DNA from: a virus
Virus record (IMG/VR): IMGVR_UViG_3300042389_001478
Location: 96,001-160,000 of that record
Reading direction: 5' to 3' (one strand)
DNA: 64,000 nt
Numbering within the stretch: the first letter of the stretch is position 1; each line of letters starts with the position of its first letter. The translations under genes and the position numbers were made by a program. Below, piece by piece: positions 39,712-49,601 of the stretch. The notes beneath the pieces are model-generated. The model searched no databases and was not told where the DNA came from. It saw only the letters and a program-made list of their open reading frames with translations.

Positions 39712-42700
39712 TTAATTATATGTAGGGTCTGGACATGTATTATCAGTGATTTTATCTCCAGCAATTATTCCATAATTACAAGAACCAGACATTAGTATTG
39801 CATCAGAGTTGATATTTCCAATATTATTACTATTAACAAAAATTGTCTTCTCATTAATAGTTCCTAGTTCTTCTATCAGTAGATATGATTTACTTCGTGT
39901 GGTTTTTTCGGTAGTATTGGTATATTCATTATAGTAGTAGGCTGTAATTGATTCTGGATACAAAGGAAATGGAGGAAGATAAATTACGCGCTCGGTTCGT
40001 ATAGCTTCGTATGTTTGTCCATTATAAGGATTCACTCGTTGTTCCATTGGCTTTTCATTGACAGAATCAACAAATACTGATTCTTTGTTTATGTAGTAAA
40101 AATTATTAGAGCTATAAAATAAAGCCGGGGTATTGACATTCCCTTTATTGATTGAATTATAAAAAATAGCTCCAAATGTACGAAGAGGTACAGAATCAGG
40201 AATATCTTGTTCTATAAAATAATGTTCTGTAAAATAATTACTAGATAAAGATATATTGGTATTGTTTATGCTGCCAAAATTAATAGAGTCAGAAAAAATA
40301 GCAACATTATTAATGCTTCCATTGACGGCATTAATAGAATTATTGTGTAAGACTGCCGATCCAAAGACTGAACCAAAATTGATGCTGTTGTTGAAATCAC
40401 AATTATTTCTTATGATACCACCAAAATTATTTGAAGAATTGAAAATTCCGCTACCACTAATAGTGTCGCCAGTTCTTATATTGCCCTTGAAACCTTCCGG
40501 TTCTATATTATCGGATATCCTAAATATCCAAGGATCAAAAGAATCAGATACGGACTCAAAGTAATCAAACGGTTCTGGTGCTGTAAGATCGTGGGGGTCA
40601 ACGTATGCGGGATGTTTTACAGCAGAATCAAAAAAAGCAAATGAGAAGTAGTTAGAGCTGTTAAATTCAGCATTGCCTCTAATGGAGGTTCCTATACAAG
40701 TTCCATTATTCATAAGTAAATTGCCACCAATATCGCCAGCATTGTCTGAATTAATAAAGGTTGCATTTGAACCAATAGGACCAAAATTAATAGAACGATT
40801 AGAAAACATACCACTATTATTAATTGTGCTATAATTAATAGAATGATTAAAAATGCTATATATATTTAATAAGCCGTTATTTTCAGAATTAATAAAAGAT
40901 ATTTCTGTTATACTAGGCAGGTCTACGCTTGAGCCGTTACACGCTATAGATGTGCTGGGTATTGGGCCGGAGGTTAAATTACCATAGTTGAAAGACGTAT
41001 TAAAATTAGCAAAAGACATTGATCCATAATTTGTGCTCTTTGTAAAACTTGCTCCTCCTTGTATAGCGCCATAATTAACACATCCTGAGCCATCCCCAGA
41101 AGTTGCTCCGTTGAAGATGGCTGTTGTGTGTGAGTTTGGTATTGGAGGATATGTTTTTAATGACCCATAGTTCACAAAACGACCCTCAAATTCATATCTA
41201 AAGTATCCTGCGCAATTCCCATAGTTTATGCCACTATCTTTAAAATATAGAGACGGAGGAACTGAAAAATCAAAATAGTTGTTACTATTAGTAATACTAC
41301 AATAAAACGATCCAATATAATATTGATTTAAAATTTGGTCTGAATAAAATTCTTTAGTTAAAAAATTTATTCCAGTGACAAAAATCCCACTAGAAGTAAA
41401 ATTCACAGGATAATCAATAGAAAGAGATGGTCTTAGATTATACCATTGTAAATTACCTCTATTTATAGCATAGTCATTAATATATATTAAAGTATTAATT
41501 AAATTAGCTTTATTTTCAGCATTATTATTAAGACTAATTTTTCTAATGCCAAATGTTAAATCTGGATTATTGCCTGACTTCCATGGTCTTCTCAGAGTTC
41601 CTAGATTAGTAGAGCCATTATAAAAAGATCCTGTTGTAAAAATTATTCCATTGGTTCCATTGGATGATGAATGGAAAAATACGCCGGTTTCTAAAAATCC
41701 ATTATTGTTTGAGTTATTAAGAAAACTACAGTGAATGCCGGTGGACGATATGTCATTTAATGATGAATCATAAAAATATGCTTTGCTAACATAAGCTTTA
41801 TTAATTGATTGATTATAAAATTTATATTTAGCGGTATCCGATGGGGGCTGTGATAAAACCCCAAAATTGATACTATTTCCAAGGAAATTATAGTCACAGT
41901 TTCCAGTTTCCGAAGCATAATTGATAGAATTACCAGTAAAGCTTGCTTGATAAAAAGTTAAAGAATTAATTGAATTAATAGACTTATCGTAGCATGACAA
42001 GTAATTACATTGGCTACCAGAGTTAATGCTTGTGCCAAAAAATTGCGCAGCACCTCCTGATCCATTTATATTTTGACTTTTGTTGTCGAATCTAGCATAG
42101 CCAAATAAACCGGTTAAATTACTAGATGTTTGATTGAAAAATAAAGCCTCTCCAGAACCTGTTGTTCGGTTGGATGATGAGTCATAAAATAGTCCGGTCT
42201 CATAAATTTTTCCAAAATTAATTGATTTGCCATAAAATTTACCAAAAGATATATTTCCGTTGTTAATACTATTATCATGTAAAATTCCGCTGTAGATGGT
42301 GCCATTATTAATAGCTGTATTATTTAAATTTACAAGCGCAGAATTAATATAGGTTATAGAATTTTCTATATAATTAGATATATCTTTTTGGTTGATACTG
42401 GATTGATTAAAAGATATAATTCCAGTTGATATTAGTGTCCCATTATTCTGAGAGTTGCCATTAAAATTAATAAAGGAGGATTTACATTTTCCTCCGTCTG
42501 AGTGCATAGAGTTAGAAGAAAAATTTGTTACATCAGAAAGAATAGTAAAAAAATTAATACATCCAAGACCTAGTTCGGCTAAATTTCCAGAAATATATCC
42601 TAGGTTTATAGAATTAGATTTTAATGAACATTGTGGTCCAAATAAATACCCATTATTGATAGACCCACTAGCAAGGATAGAGACGCCAGTTACAAGCCCA

Positions 42701-43698
42701 TTGTTAGTAGAACCAATAAATGTTGAATTATTAATTATGCCATTTGTATTATTAGATGAATACCAAAAACTACTATCTCCTGAAACTTGTCCCTCGTTTA
42801 TTGAGCTTACAGTAAATTCAGAATTATTAAAAACTATACCGCTGTTTATGGCCCAACCAGAAAAAAGAGCATTGCCAGAGACAATCCCACAATTTATAGC
42901 GCCATCAATAAATGAGCTATTTCCAATAATAGTTCCAGAGTTTATGCTTGACGATCCTGAAAATATTGGACTGCCATATATTTTGCCATAGTTTGTAGCA
43001 TCGGTGAAAAATCCCGAATTTAAAGTAAGTGTAGCCATATTAATTGCTCCACTATCAAAAACAAAAGATCCATTGCCGGTACCATTAATTATGCCGCTGT
43101 GGACTATAAAATTCCCATTTAGTGTCGTTTGATCAGTAAGAAATTGACATGAATCTAATATGCCTGAAACAGCTTTAATAGTTGGTATATATTTATTATC
43201 TGAAGTATCATCAAAGACTTTGATAATAGTTGTATTATTTAAATTAATAAATTGAGATTTTAAATAACAAGTATCAAAAGTAGCAAATTTACTATATATT
43301 CCTGTGCCCAAAAGAGAAGAAGAGGACATATCAATAAGTCTTGCTGTTGATCCACTGTTCATAGATAGTTCAGTAAAAGACCATTTGCAGGCTGTGTTAT
43401 TTTCCCAATGAGAGCAAGTAATATTTTTAGCAATATTTACTTTCGAGGCCTTTAGATTTTCACAATAAAAATCCGCTCTAGTATTTGGCGCTATCTGTCC
43501 TTCATTAATAATAACATCCAGATCTTTACAGTCCATGTATGAAATTTGTCGAAAACAGCCGTTTTTAACAATATTGTATATATAATGGCTATTTAGTATG
43601 TTAACATCTTCTGTAGCATTGATAGGCACTCTATTAGCGCGTATGCTCAGCTTTGAATCATAGTACCAAGAATTTCTATCACACCAATCATTTGTCAT
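39712..43698 (-). CDS. 1328-aa Asn/Ser/Gly-rich beta-solenoid repeat protein (putative fibre/adhesin)
   Basis: Dozens of ~11-aa F-x3-S-x-N-x-G-x-(I/V) repeats. Confidence 0.7.
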   Translation of the reverse strand: MTNDWCDRNSWYYDSKLSIRANRVPINATEDVNILNSHYIYNIVKNGCFRQISYMDCKDLDVIINEGQIAPNTRADFYCENLKASKVNIAKNITCSHWENNTACKWSFTELSMNSGSTARLIDMSSSSLLGTGIYSKFATFDTCYLKSQFINLNNTTIIKVFDDTSDNKYIPTIKAVSGILDSCQFLTDQTTLNGNFIVHSGIINGTGNGSFVFDSGAINMATLTLNSGFFTDATNYGKIYGSPIFSGSSSINSGTIIGNSSFIDGAINCGIVSGNALFSGWAINSGIVFNNSEFTVSSINEGQVSGDSSFWYSSNNTNGIINNSTFIGSTNNGLVTGVSILASGSINNGYLFGPQCSLKSNSINLGYISGNLAELGLGCINFFTILSDVTNFSSNSMHSDGGKCKSSFINFNGNSQNNGTLISTGIISFNQSSINQKDISNYIENSITYINSALVNLNNTAINNGTIYSGILHDNSINNGNISFGKFYGKSINFGKIYETGLFYDSSSNRTTGSGEALFFNQTSSNLTGLFGYARFDNKSQNINGSGGAAQFFGTSINSGSQCNYLSCYDKSINSINSLTFYQASFTGNSINYASETGNCDYNFLGNSINFGVLSQPPSDTAKYKFYNQSINKAYVSKAYFYDSSLNDISSTGIHCSFLNNSNNNGFLETGVFFHSSSNGTNGIIFTTGSFYNGSTNLGTLRRPWKSGNNPDLTFGIRKISLNNNAENKANLINTLIYINDYAINRGNLQWYNLRPSLSIDYPVNFTSSGIFVTGINFLTKEFYSDQILNQYYIGSFYCSITNSNNYFDFSVPPSLYFKDSGINYGNCAGYFRYEFEGRFVNYGSLKTYPPIPNSHTTAIFNGATSGDGSGCVNYGAIQGGASFTKSTNYGSMSFANFNTSFNYGNLTSGPIPSTSIACNGSSVDLPSITEISFINSENNGLLNIYSIFNHSINYSTINNSGMFSNRSINFGPIGSNATFINSDNAGDIGGNLLMNNGTCIGTSIRGNAEFNSSNYFSFAFFDSAVKHPAYVDPHDLTAPEPFDYFESVSDSFDPWIFRISDNIEPEGFKGNIRTGDTISGSGIFNSSNNFGGIIRNNCDFNNSINFGSVFGSAVLHNNSINAVNGSINNVAIFSDSINFGSINNTNISLSSNYFTEHYFIEQDIPDSVPLRTFGAIFYNSINKGNVNTPALFYSSNNFYYINKESVFVDSVNEKPMEQRVNPYNGQTYEAIRTERVIYLPPFPLYPESITAYYYNEYTNTTEKTTRSKSYLLIEELGTINEKTIFVNSNNIGNINSDAILMSGSCNYGIIAGDKITDNTCPDPTYN

Positions 43699-43701
43699 AT
43701 T

Positions 43702-45258
43702 TTACTCTCTAAAATATAGTTCAGAGGTTTTATCTAATGATTTCTTATTATTTATTGGCAAAAACTGCTTATAGTTCAATGTTCTTTTTGGAAAACCTTC
43801 TTGAGTTGATATGGCAAAAACCATTCCAAAAGCCCGTTGTCTTTCTGTACACTCAAACGGAGTGCAGCTGGTGTCGTCTCCATCTGGTACACAGCTTTTA
43901 TAAATATCGGGAAAGTAGCATGGTGGAGGACAGAATCTTTCTCTACACCCCTTAAAGCTTGGAGTTTGATTAAAAGTTATCATTGATCGTAAATGGCTTT
44001 CGGTTACTAAAAAACTTCCTTTTGGTATTGGTCCCCAAAATGGGTCGCCGCCGCTGTTCCATTCTCCCCAGCTATTTGCTAGTAAATAAACACATTCTGG
44101 ATATTGTATTTTAGTATCATCATAACCTATTATAGAATAGGAATGATACCAAATTCTATCAGGATAACTTAGCCCAGTAGAATCACGATAGTCCGGAAAG
44201 CCTACATTTGTCATTAATACTATCCCATATCCATTATAGATCAAGTCTTTAATAATAGCAATATTTTTATTCATAATGTCGTAGTTGATCATCGAAATAG
44301 TACGACAGCGTTCTATTTTTGCGATTGGATTTGATTGTGGTAAAATAGTGTCGTTTGTATAGTCATATCCATTAATACTTTGAAAATATTGTAAGAATAG
44401 ATCATCTCTACATCCATAAAAATTAGGACCACTATTATCTATAAAGTTACCATACCCACCATAGCTTTTTCTCTTTAAGATTCCTATATGCTTAAGTTTT
44501 TTACCCACAAATCCGCTTGATTGATTGCCGCTAAAATAGTTATCATCCGATGGTATCCAAAATGAAAACTCGTCTCTGTTTGTGATTATCCCCCCGCAAC
44601 ATTCATTGATGCGTTTTTCACAACTTCCACCGTCGTTACAACATGGATCGTTTTGATCTGGCGGGTCAGAAGTACACTCTCCGCAACTTCTGCATTTTGG
44701 ACGCTCTTCACCCGGTAATTTGACGCATCCGTGAGCTGTTCCAGCAGCACCAAAAGGTGGATTAGGTAAGCATGATTTCATGATGCCGCAGCCGGTAGCT
44801 CTAGATTTGGCGGTGGTTTCTGGCACCAAGTCCGGACCCAGAACCATTAAACAATCTACCAATGAGTTTCCTCCGAAATGTTCTAGGGGCTCTGGTGCTG
44901 TTCTGCTTTCCCAAGCCAAATAGTTTTTAGTTATTTCAATATCACAAGCTCTTGTAATATCAACAGCATTTCTAGTGGCGTGAGAAGATCCACTACTAGT
45001 TGCTGGCTGAATTTCCCTAAAAGCCTCAGCGTCTATTCTGCATAAAAATTTATATGGTATCCCAATACGCTGGCTTCCAGTTCCTTTGATAGTAGAAATA
45101 TGAGGAGCAGAGTCAATACAAGGATACTTAAGATGCTCTAGAAACTTAATGAGCCTTGGGAGATTATAGGGAGTTCCAAATCCAATTTCTCCATACTCGA
45201 AATCACTAGTGCATGGTCCTAGCGTATAGGATAGATAAAGTTCTCTGGGAGTAAGCAT
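43702..45258 (-). CDS. Papain-like (C1-type) peptidase paralogue lacking the catalytic Cys
   Basis: QPATSSGSSHATRNA aligns with QTTGDCVSHGTRNA of the 48673-49596 protein. HSYSIIGYDD and ANSWGEWNSGG are retained. Confidence 0.75.
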   Translation of the reverse strand: MLTPRELYLSYTLGPCTSDFEYGEIGFGTPYNLPRLIKFLEHLKYPCIDSAPHISTIKGTGSQRIGIPYKFLCRIDAEAFREIQPATSSGSSHATRNAVDITRACDIEITKNYLAWESRTAPEPLEHFGGNSLVDCLMVLGPDLVPETTAKSRATGCGIMKSCLPNPPFGAAGTAHGCVKLPGEERPKCRSCGECTSDPPDQNDPCCNDGGSCEKRINECCGGIITNRDEFSFWIPSDDNYFSGNQSSGFVGKKLKHIGILKRKSYGGYGNFIDNSGPNFYGCRDDLFLQYFQSINGYDYTNDTILPQSNPIAKIERCRTISMINYDIMNKNIAIIKDLIYNGYGIVLMTNVGFPDYRDSTGLSYPDRIWYHSYSIIGYDDTKIQYPECVYLLANSWGEWNSGGDPFWGPIPKGSFLVTESHLRSMITFNQTPSFKGCRERFCPPPCYFPDIYKSCVPDGDDTSCTPFECTERQRAFGMVFAISTQEGFPKRTLNYKQFLPINNKKSLDKTSELYFRE

Positions 45259-45259
45259 A

Positions 45260-45511
45260 TCATTTTGATGTTACTAATTTATTGTATAACACCAAAGATA
45301 TGACTGCCCCAATCACACCAGCGAATATACCGGCTGGACTTACTGTGCTATATTCACCGATCATATAAAGTAATGCTCCTCCCATATAAGAGCCTGCTAC
45401 TCCTAATGCTACGGTTTTGATAAATCCAAAGTTTTCTTCTCCAGGAACTAAGCTTTTGGCGATACTTCCCACAAATAAACCATAAACACCCCACACTAAA
45501 ATATTAAACAT
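45260..45511 (-). CDS. GlsB/YeaQ/YmgE (transglycosylase-associated) membrane protein
   Basis: GLFVGSIAKSLVPG...TVALGVAGSYMGG...GVIGAVISL. Confidence 0.85.
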   Translation of the reverse strand: MFNILVWGVYGLFVGSIAKSLVPGEENFGFIKTVALGVAGSYMGGALLYMIGEYSTVSPAGIFAGVIGAVISLVLYNKLVTSK

Positions 45512-45899
45512 TGGCTGCCTCCACTAAGGTAATAACTTCATCCTCCGTGAGAATTTCTCCTGTATCTAACAGAGCAGATAGAATTGCAAAAGAATACTTA
45601 TTATAGTCTTCTCTGCTCATCTCTTTTCTTAGAATTTTCTTAATTCTCATTTTTGTAAACCATCCACGTTTTTGGCTAAATGTTTTAACTTGTTCTCCAT
45701 ATAGATTATACTTATCGGCTTGTGTTGAGGAAGCTGATAATTTATTCTTATTACATTCTTGTAATATTCTTATACAAGTTAGTATTATACTAATAATCAT
45801 CAGAATAGTTACTATTGCAAAGCCGTAATTATCTTCTTTGGGTACGCTGGATTTTTCTAAAACTTTTATTGCTATAGATTTAAGTTTTTCGTTATTCAT
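45504..45899 (-). CDS. Hypothetical single-pass membrane protein
   Basis: Hydrophobic helix FAIVTILMIISIILTCI. Confidence 0.6.
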   Translation of the reverse strand: MNNEKLKSIAIKVLEKSSVPKEDNYGFAIVTILMIISIILTCIRILQECNKNKLSASSTQADKYNLYGEQVKTFSQKRGWFTKMRIKKILRKEMSREDYNKYSFAILSALLDTGEILTEDEVITLVEAANV

Positions 45900-45934
45900 G
45901 TAGCACCTTTTAAATAGTTAATTTTTAAAAAAGT

Positions 45935-48007
45935 TTAATAGGATAAAATTCTGTTTTCTCTTGTTGCATAGTTTAGTTTCATGTATCTATTTTTGATACT
46001 TAGCGTCATATTAGAGGTATATGTAGGTGAATTCCATACTGTATTCCCTAAGGCATATGATCCTCCTATCATATAGGTATATGTTCCATTACAGGTCCAT
46101 CTGTATGTAGATCTAACAAAACTGTATGCAGGTTGTAGACTTAAGGACAGTCCGGGCCAAATATCATAATATGAATCAGGCCATGGATCAATATCTTTCC
46201 ATAATTTTAAATTAATATTATGCAAACTATTGGGGGGATAAGAATAATAAGATAATCCTTGTGTAGGTAGATCGAATGCGAATTCTGCTTCTACGGCTTT
46301 TTCTGTTTGATCCGGTATGGATATTGGCCAAAATCCAAATGGATTCTCGTCGTAGTAGACCTGCAAATTAAGAGTAGCCGGTGAAAGATGAGTAACATAG
46401 CAAGAATTCCAGGTGATAGTATTTCCATTAATTTCTGTTGGCCTGCCTGATGTATTAACAGTAGATGGGGTGGTATTAATAATATCTATAGAAAGTATAC
46501 AATATTCTATTAAAAATCCTCTTTTTAAATAATTAGGCACAGATGGGTATTTACTAGACTTAGTAGGGATATTTGGATTTATATAAGGATCAAAATAAGT
46601 TTTTGTATCGTCTATTGTCATATTTGCATCTGCATATATAGAACGATCTAAAGTTGATATAGTATAAGCATATGGCCAATTAGGAGATATATCAACTGTT
46701 ATTCCTGTGCCTGGGATCATATTTAGTCCAGTCGTAGAAATAATACCACTTATATATTTACCTCCAGTACCACCATATGTATTAGAAGCTGGTGTGCCTG
46801 TGGCGAATTGAATTTCCATATTATTGCCAACAATAGCATTTAATCCAGTATTATATATAATACCACTACTAGGCCACGAATTATCAAAATTTAATACAAT
46901 ATTATTTTCTGTTCTAGAATTCAACCCTGTGGTAGAAATAATGCCGCTCAGATATTTACCTCCAACGCCACGGAATTTATTCGCTGCCGGAGTACCCGTA
47001 GCAAACTGAATTTCCATGTTGTTGCCTATAATTGCATTTAGTCCAGTATTATAAATAATACCGCTATTGGGCCAACTGCTTTCAAAATCTCGCACAATTA
47101 AGTTTTCGGATCGTGCATTTAGGCCGGTTGTAGAAATAATACCACTTTGATATTTACCTGCTGTGCCGCCATAAAGATTGGAGGCAGGAGTACCTGAAGT
47201 AAATTGTATCTCAATGTTATTGCCAATTATGGCATTTAATCCAGTATTATAGACTACACCACTATATGGCCATGAATTTTCAAAGTCACGAACTATTAGA
47301 TTTTCAGTACGAGTATTTAGGCCAGTTGTAGAAATAATTCCACTCTTATATTTGCCTGCAGTTCCTCCATAAAGGTTAGAAGCTGGAGTTCCTGTGGCAA
47401 ACTGAATTTCCATGTTGTTTCCGATAATGGCATTTAGCCCAGTGTTGTAAATCACCCCACTATTAGGCCAGCTACTTTCAAAATCTCGTACGATTAAATT
47501 TTCTGTTCTAGCGTTAAGTCCAGTTGTAGAGATAATTCCACTATAGTATTTATATCCAACTCCTCCAAACTTATTCGCCGCTGGAGTTCCAGCAGAAAAT
47601 TGAATTTCCATATTGTTGCCGATAACGGCGTTTAGCCCAGTAGTATAAATAACTCCACTATATGGCCATTGAGCTTGATAATCAATAGCTATAAGATTTG
47701 CTGTTTGACTATTTAGTCCTGTAGTAGATATGGTCTCATCATACGGATAAATTGTGCCATAAGTAAGATCTATTAAATTTCCTTCTTTGCTGCTTGAATA
47801 TAGAGTAATTCCATTTCTAGTTCCGCTCGATACTCCAATTCCAGATACTCCTTCTATTTTCACTAAATATTTGCGTAAACTTTGTATAGATGTTTCTTTT
47901 GAAACTAATATCGATCCATCTTTATTGTATCCGGTTACTACATATATTAAATCATCGTCTAATATAGCAAACTCAGGAGGAAGAGATAGGGGGATATCGG
48001 ATGGCAT
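45935..48007 (-). CDS. Putative fibre/receptor-binding protein with 66-aa tandem repeats
   Basis: Five full units plus one partial of GIISTTGLN...WP.SG.IYNTGLNAIIGNNMEIQF..GTPA.N..GG..GKY.S. Confidence 0.65.
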   Translation of the reverse strand: MPSDIPLSLPPEFAILDDDLIYVVTGYNKDGSILVSKETSIQSLRKYLVKIEGVSGIGVSSGTRNGITLYSSSKEGNLIDLTYGTIYPYDETISTTGLNSQTANLIAIDYQAQWPYSGVIYTTGLNAVIGNNMEIQFSAGTPAANKFGGVGYKYYSGIISTTGLNARTENLIVRDFESSWPNSGVIYNTGLNAIIGNNMEIQFATGTPASNLYGGTAGKYKSGIISTTGLNTRTENLIVRDFENSWPYSGVVYNTGLNAIIGNNIEIQFTSGTPASNLYGGTAGKYQSGIISTTGLNARSENLIVRDFESSWPNSGIIYNTGLNAIIGNNMEIQFATGTPAANKFRGVGGKYLSGIISTTGLNSRTENNIVLNFDNSWPSSGIIYNTGLNAIVGNNMEIQFATGTPASNTYGGTGGKYISGIISTTGLNMIPGTGITVDISPNWPYAYTISTLDRSIYADANMTIDDTKTYFDPYINPNIPTKSSKYPSVPNYLKRGFLIEYCILSIDIINTTPSTVNTSGRPTEINGNTITWNSCYVTHLSPATLNLQVYYDENPFGFWPISIPDQTEKAVEAEFAFDLPTQGLSYYSYPPNSLHNINLKLWKDIDPWPDSYYDIWPGLSLSLQPAYSFVRSTYRWTCNGTYTYMIGGSYALGNTVWNSPTYTSNMTLSIKNRYMKLNYATRENRILSY
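46710..47739 (-). repeat. Coding tandem repeat, 198-bp unit x ~5.2
   Basis: Unit length counted from the translation; approximate boundaries; synonymous differences between copies. Confidence 0.85.
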
Positions 48008-48021
48008 ATCGATTATTCCCT

Positions 48022-48369
48022 CTAATTAGGTCGGCATTTGCCGTTTTGACAACGAGGGACAGTAATAGTTTTTTGTGCTTCGGCTGGTAACTTGGGACTA
48101 ATAGAGGTTATTGGTCCAATAGAGACTAAACCCTTATCTGGTTCACAATATGTGCACTCTATTTTTAGAATACCGTCCCCACTCATATACCATCCTTTCC
48201 CCTTACAGACTGGACAGTCTTTTCTTTTATGTTTTTGTGATACTTCCTGTACATGCTTGGCTTTAATAATGCCGCCAACAAGAGTTACTGGAGCCGTTGT
48301 TGAGCCATAGTAATTAGATTGAGAAAATAATAAACCCACACAAAATAAACTGATAAATAGTTTATTCAT
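48022..48369 (-). CDS. Secreted/membrane protein with CxxC...CxxC zinc finger
   Basis: Signal-like N-terminus; CPVCKGKG...CTYC; C-terminal CQNGKC. Confidence 0.6.
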   Translation of the reverse strand: MNKLFISLFCVGLLFSQSNYYGSTTAPVTLVGGIIKAKHVQEVSQKHKRKDCPVCKGKGWYMSGDGILKIECTYCEPDKGLVSIGPITSISPKLPAEAQKTITVPRCQNGKCRPN

Positions 48370-48590
48370 TTTTTATCTCTCCATGGAAGAGGTATAATAT
48401 TGTCGATAGTATCCACTACTCTTTTAAGAGGTCTTGGTTTATTGGGCTTTACTGGAGAGTCTGGATTGTCAACTTTGGGTTTGGGTCCAAACTTTTCTTG
48501 AGCCTTTATGAAAAGCAGGGAAATTGTTTCAATAAGACCAATGATCATATTGATAACAGCTCTTAACTCTAATCTTTCTCTTAAATTCAT
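48366..48590 (-). CDS. Small membrane protein
   Basis: Hydrophobic AVINMIIGLIETISLLFI followed by a Pro/Lys-rich tail. Confidence 0.55.
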   Translation of the reverse strand: MNLRERLELRAVINMIIGLIETISLLFIKAQEKFGPKPKVDNPDSPVKPNKPRPLKRVVDTIDNIIPLPWRDKK

Positions 48591-48626
48591 AAAATTATTC
48601 CTGGTAGGAATTTAGGGATATAAATA

Positions 48627-48634
48627 TATACACC
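48627..48634 (-). promoter_or_regulatory. GGTGTATA motif (candidate phage-sigma promoter); one of several copies
   Basis: Exact copies upstream of genes at 33255, 35915, 48627, 51945 and 59753; variants at 53137, 54125 and 59077; all on the minus strand. Confidence 0.6.
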
Positions 48635-48672
48635 TAATAGAGATGATCAGTTAAAATAGCTAATCGGTAATT

Positions 48673-49596
48673 TTAGAGATAGTCTTCAAAGCCATAACTT
48701 GGTAGTTTTTGAAGGGGGAATCCATCAAAACCACTAAAGGCATATGATCCATTTTGACTCAACATGCCCTGAGCAATATCGGCATTTATCAAGAAAGATC
48801 CATCTGGAATTGGGCCCCATTCTGGATGACCTCCATCGTTCCATTTGCCCCAACTATTTTGAACTAGAAATGCTGGTTCGCCATTAGTATCATCACAAGC
48901 TATCCAAGCCATGCAATGACCCCAAGATCCTGACTGTTTAGCAAATCCTTTTTTGTCTCTGGTATTGCTAAAGCCATAATTAGAACAGACTGCTAAACCA
49001 TATCCATTACCTAGAGCGTCTCTAGCTTCTTCTACTGTTCTAATCAATGAAGCAGTCCTAATTTGGTGGTCGTTGGCAAGGTCTAATACTTTATCGGGGA
49101 GTCCTCTGCCGCCCCAGCCTGCTCCTAAATTGCCATTGTATTTACTAAAGTCTACAAAACCATAATTTTTTCTTACCACAAGACCGCCAACCTTGCTTAC
49201 AAATTCAGCCGCTCTTGCACAACTCATACCTTGTCCGCTGAATCCTCTGTATCCATAAATAGCCTCTGTTGCGCCCTTTGCTATCCAATCCTCTCTCTCA
49301 TTTCCTATATCTATTTCTACCGCTCGTGAAACATCGCAAGCATTTCGTGTTCCATGGCTCACACAATCCCCGGTGGTTTGTCTTTCATTATAAGGATTTT
49401 TATCAAATTTTAACACACTTTTATATGGTGTTGATAGTTTACCCTTACCACTGCCACTAATTTTTTTACTAGCATCACCAAACAATGGATACTTGGAGGT
49501 TTCCATTAAATTATCGTAAACATGCTGTTCCCACAAGCATCCACTAAATCCCTTGCGATAATTATCATATAGTTCTTTAGGAGAGAGTCTTGGCAT
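48673..49596 (-). CDS. Papain-like (C1-type) cysteine peptidase
   Basis: Q...GDCVSH (Cys), GHCMAWIACDD (His), QNSWG (Asn). Confidence 0.8.
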   Translation of the reverse strand: MPRLSPKELYDNYRKGFSGCLWEQHVYDNLMETSKYPLFGDASKKISGSGKGKLSTPYKSVLKFDKNPYNERQTTGDCVSHGTRNACDVSRAVEIDIGNEREDWIAKGATEAIYGYRGFSGQGMSCARAAEFVSKVGGLVVRKNYGFVDFSKYNGNLGAGWGGRGLPDKVLDLANDHQIRTASLIRTVEEARDALGNGYGLAVCSNYGFSNTRDKKGFAKQSGSWGHCMAWIACDDTNGEPAFLVQNSWGKWNDGGHPEWGPIPDGSFLINADIAQGMLSQNGSYAFSGFDGFPLQKLPSYGFEDYL

Positions 49597-49601
49597 TTGT
49601 G

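Noticed and set aside
46710-47739. Regular repeats as a CRISPR array or DGR template/variable repeats
   Set aside because: The 198-bp unit is in-frame coding, with no unique spacers, no adenine-specific variation pattern and no reverse transcriptase in the window.
48596-48610. Hairpin ATTCCT-ACC-AGGAAT masking the SD of the 48590 gene
   Set aside because: Only 6 AT-rich bp with a 3-nt loop; too weak to support a regulatory claim.
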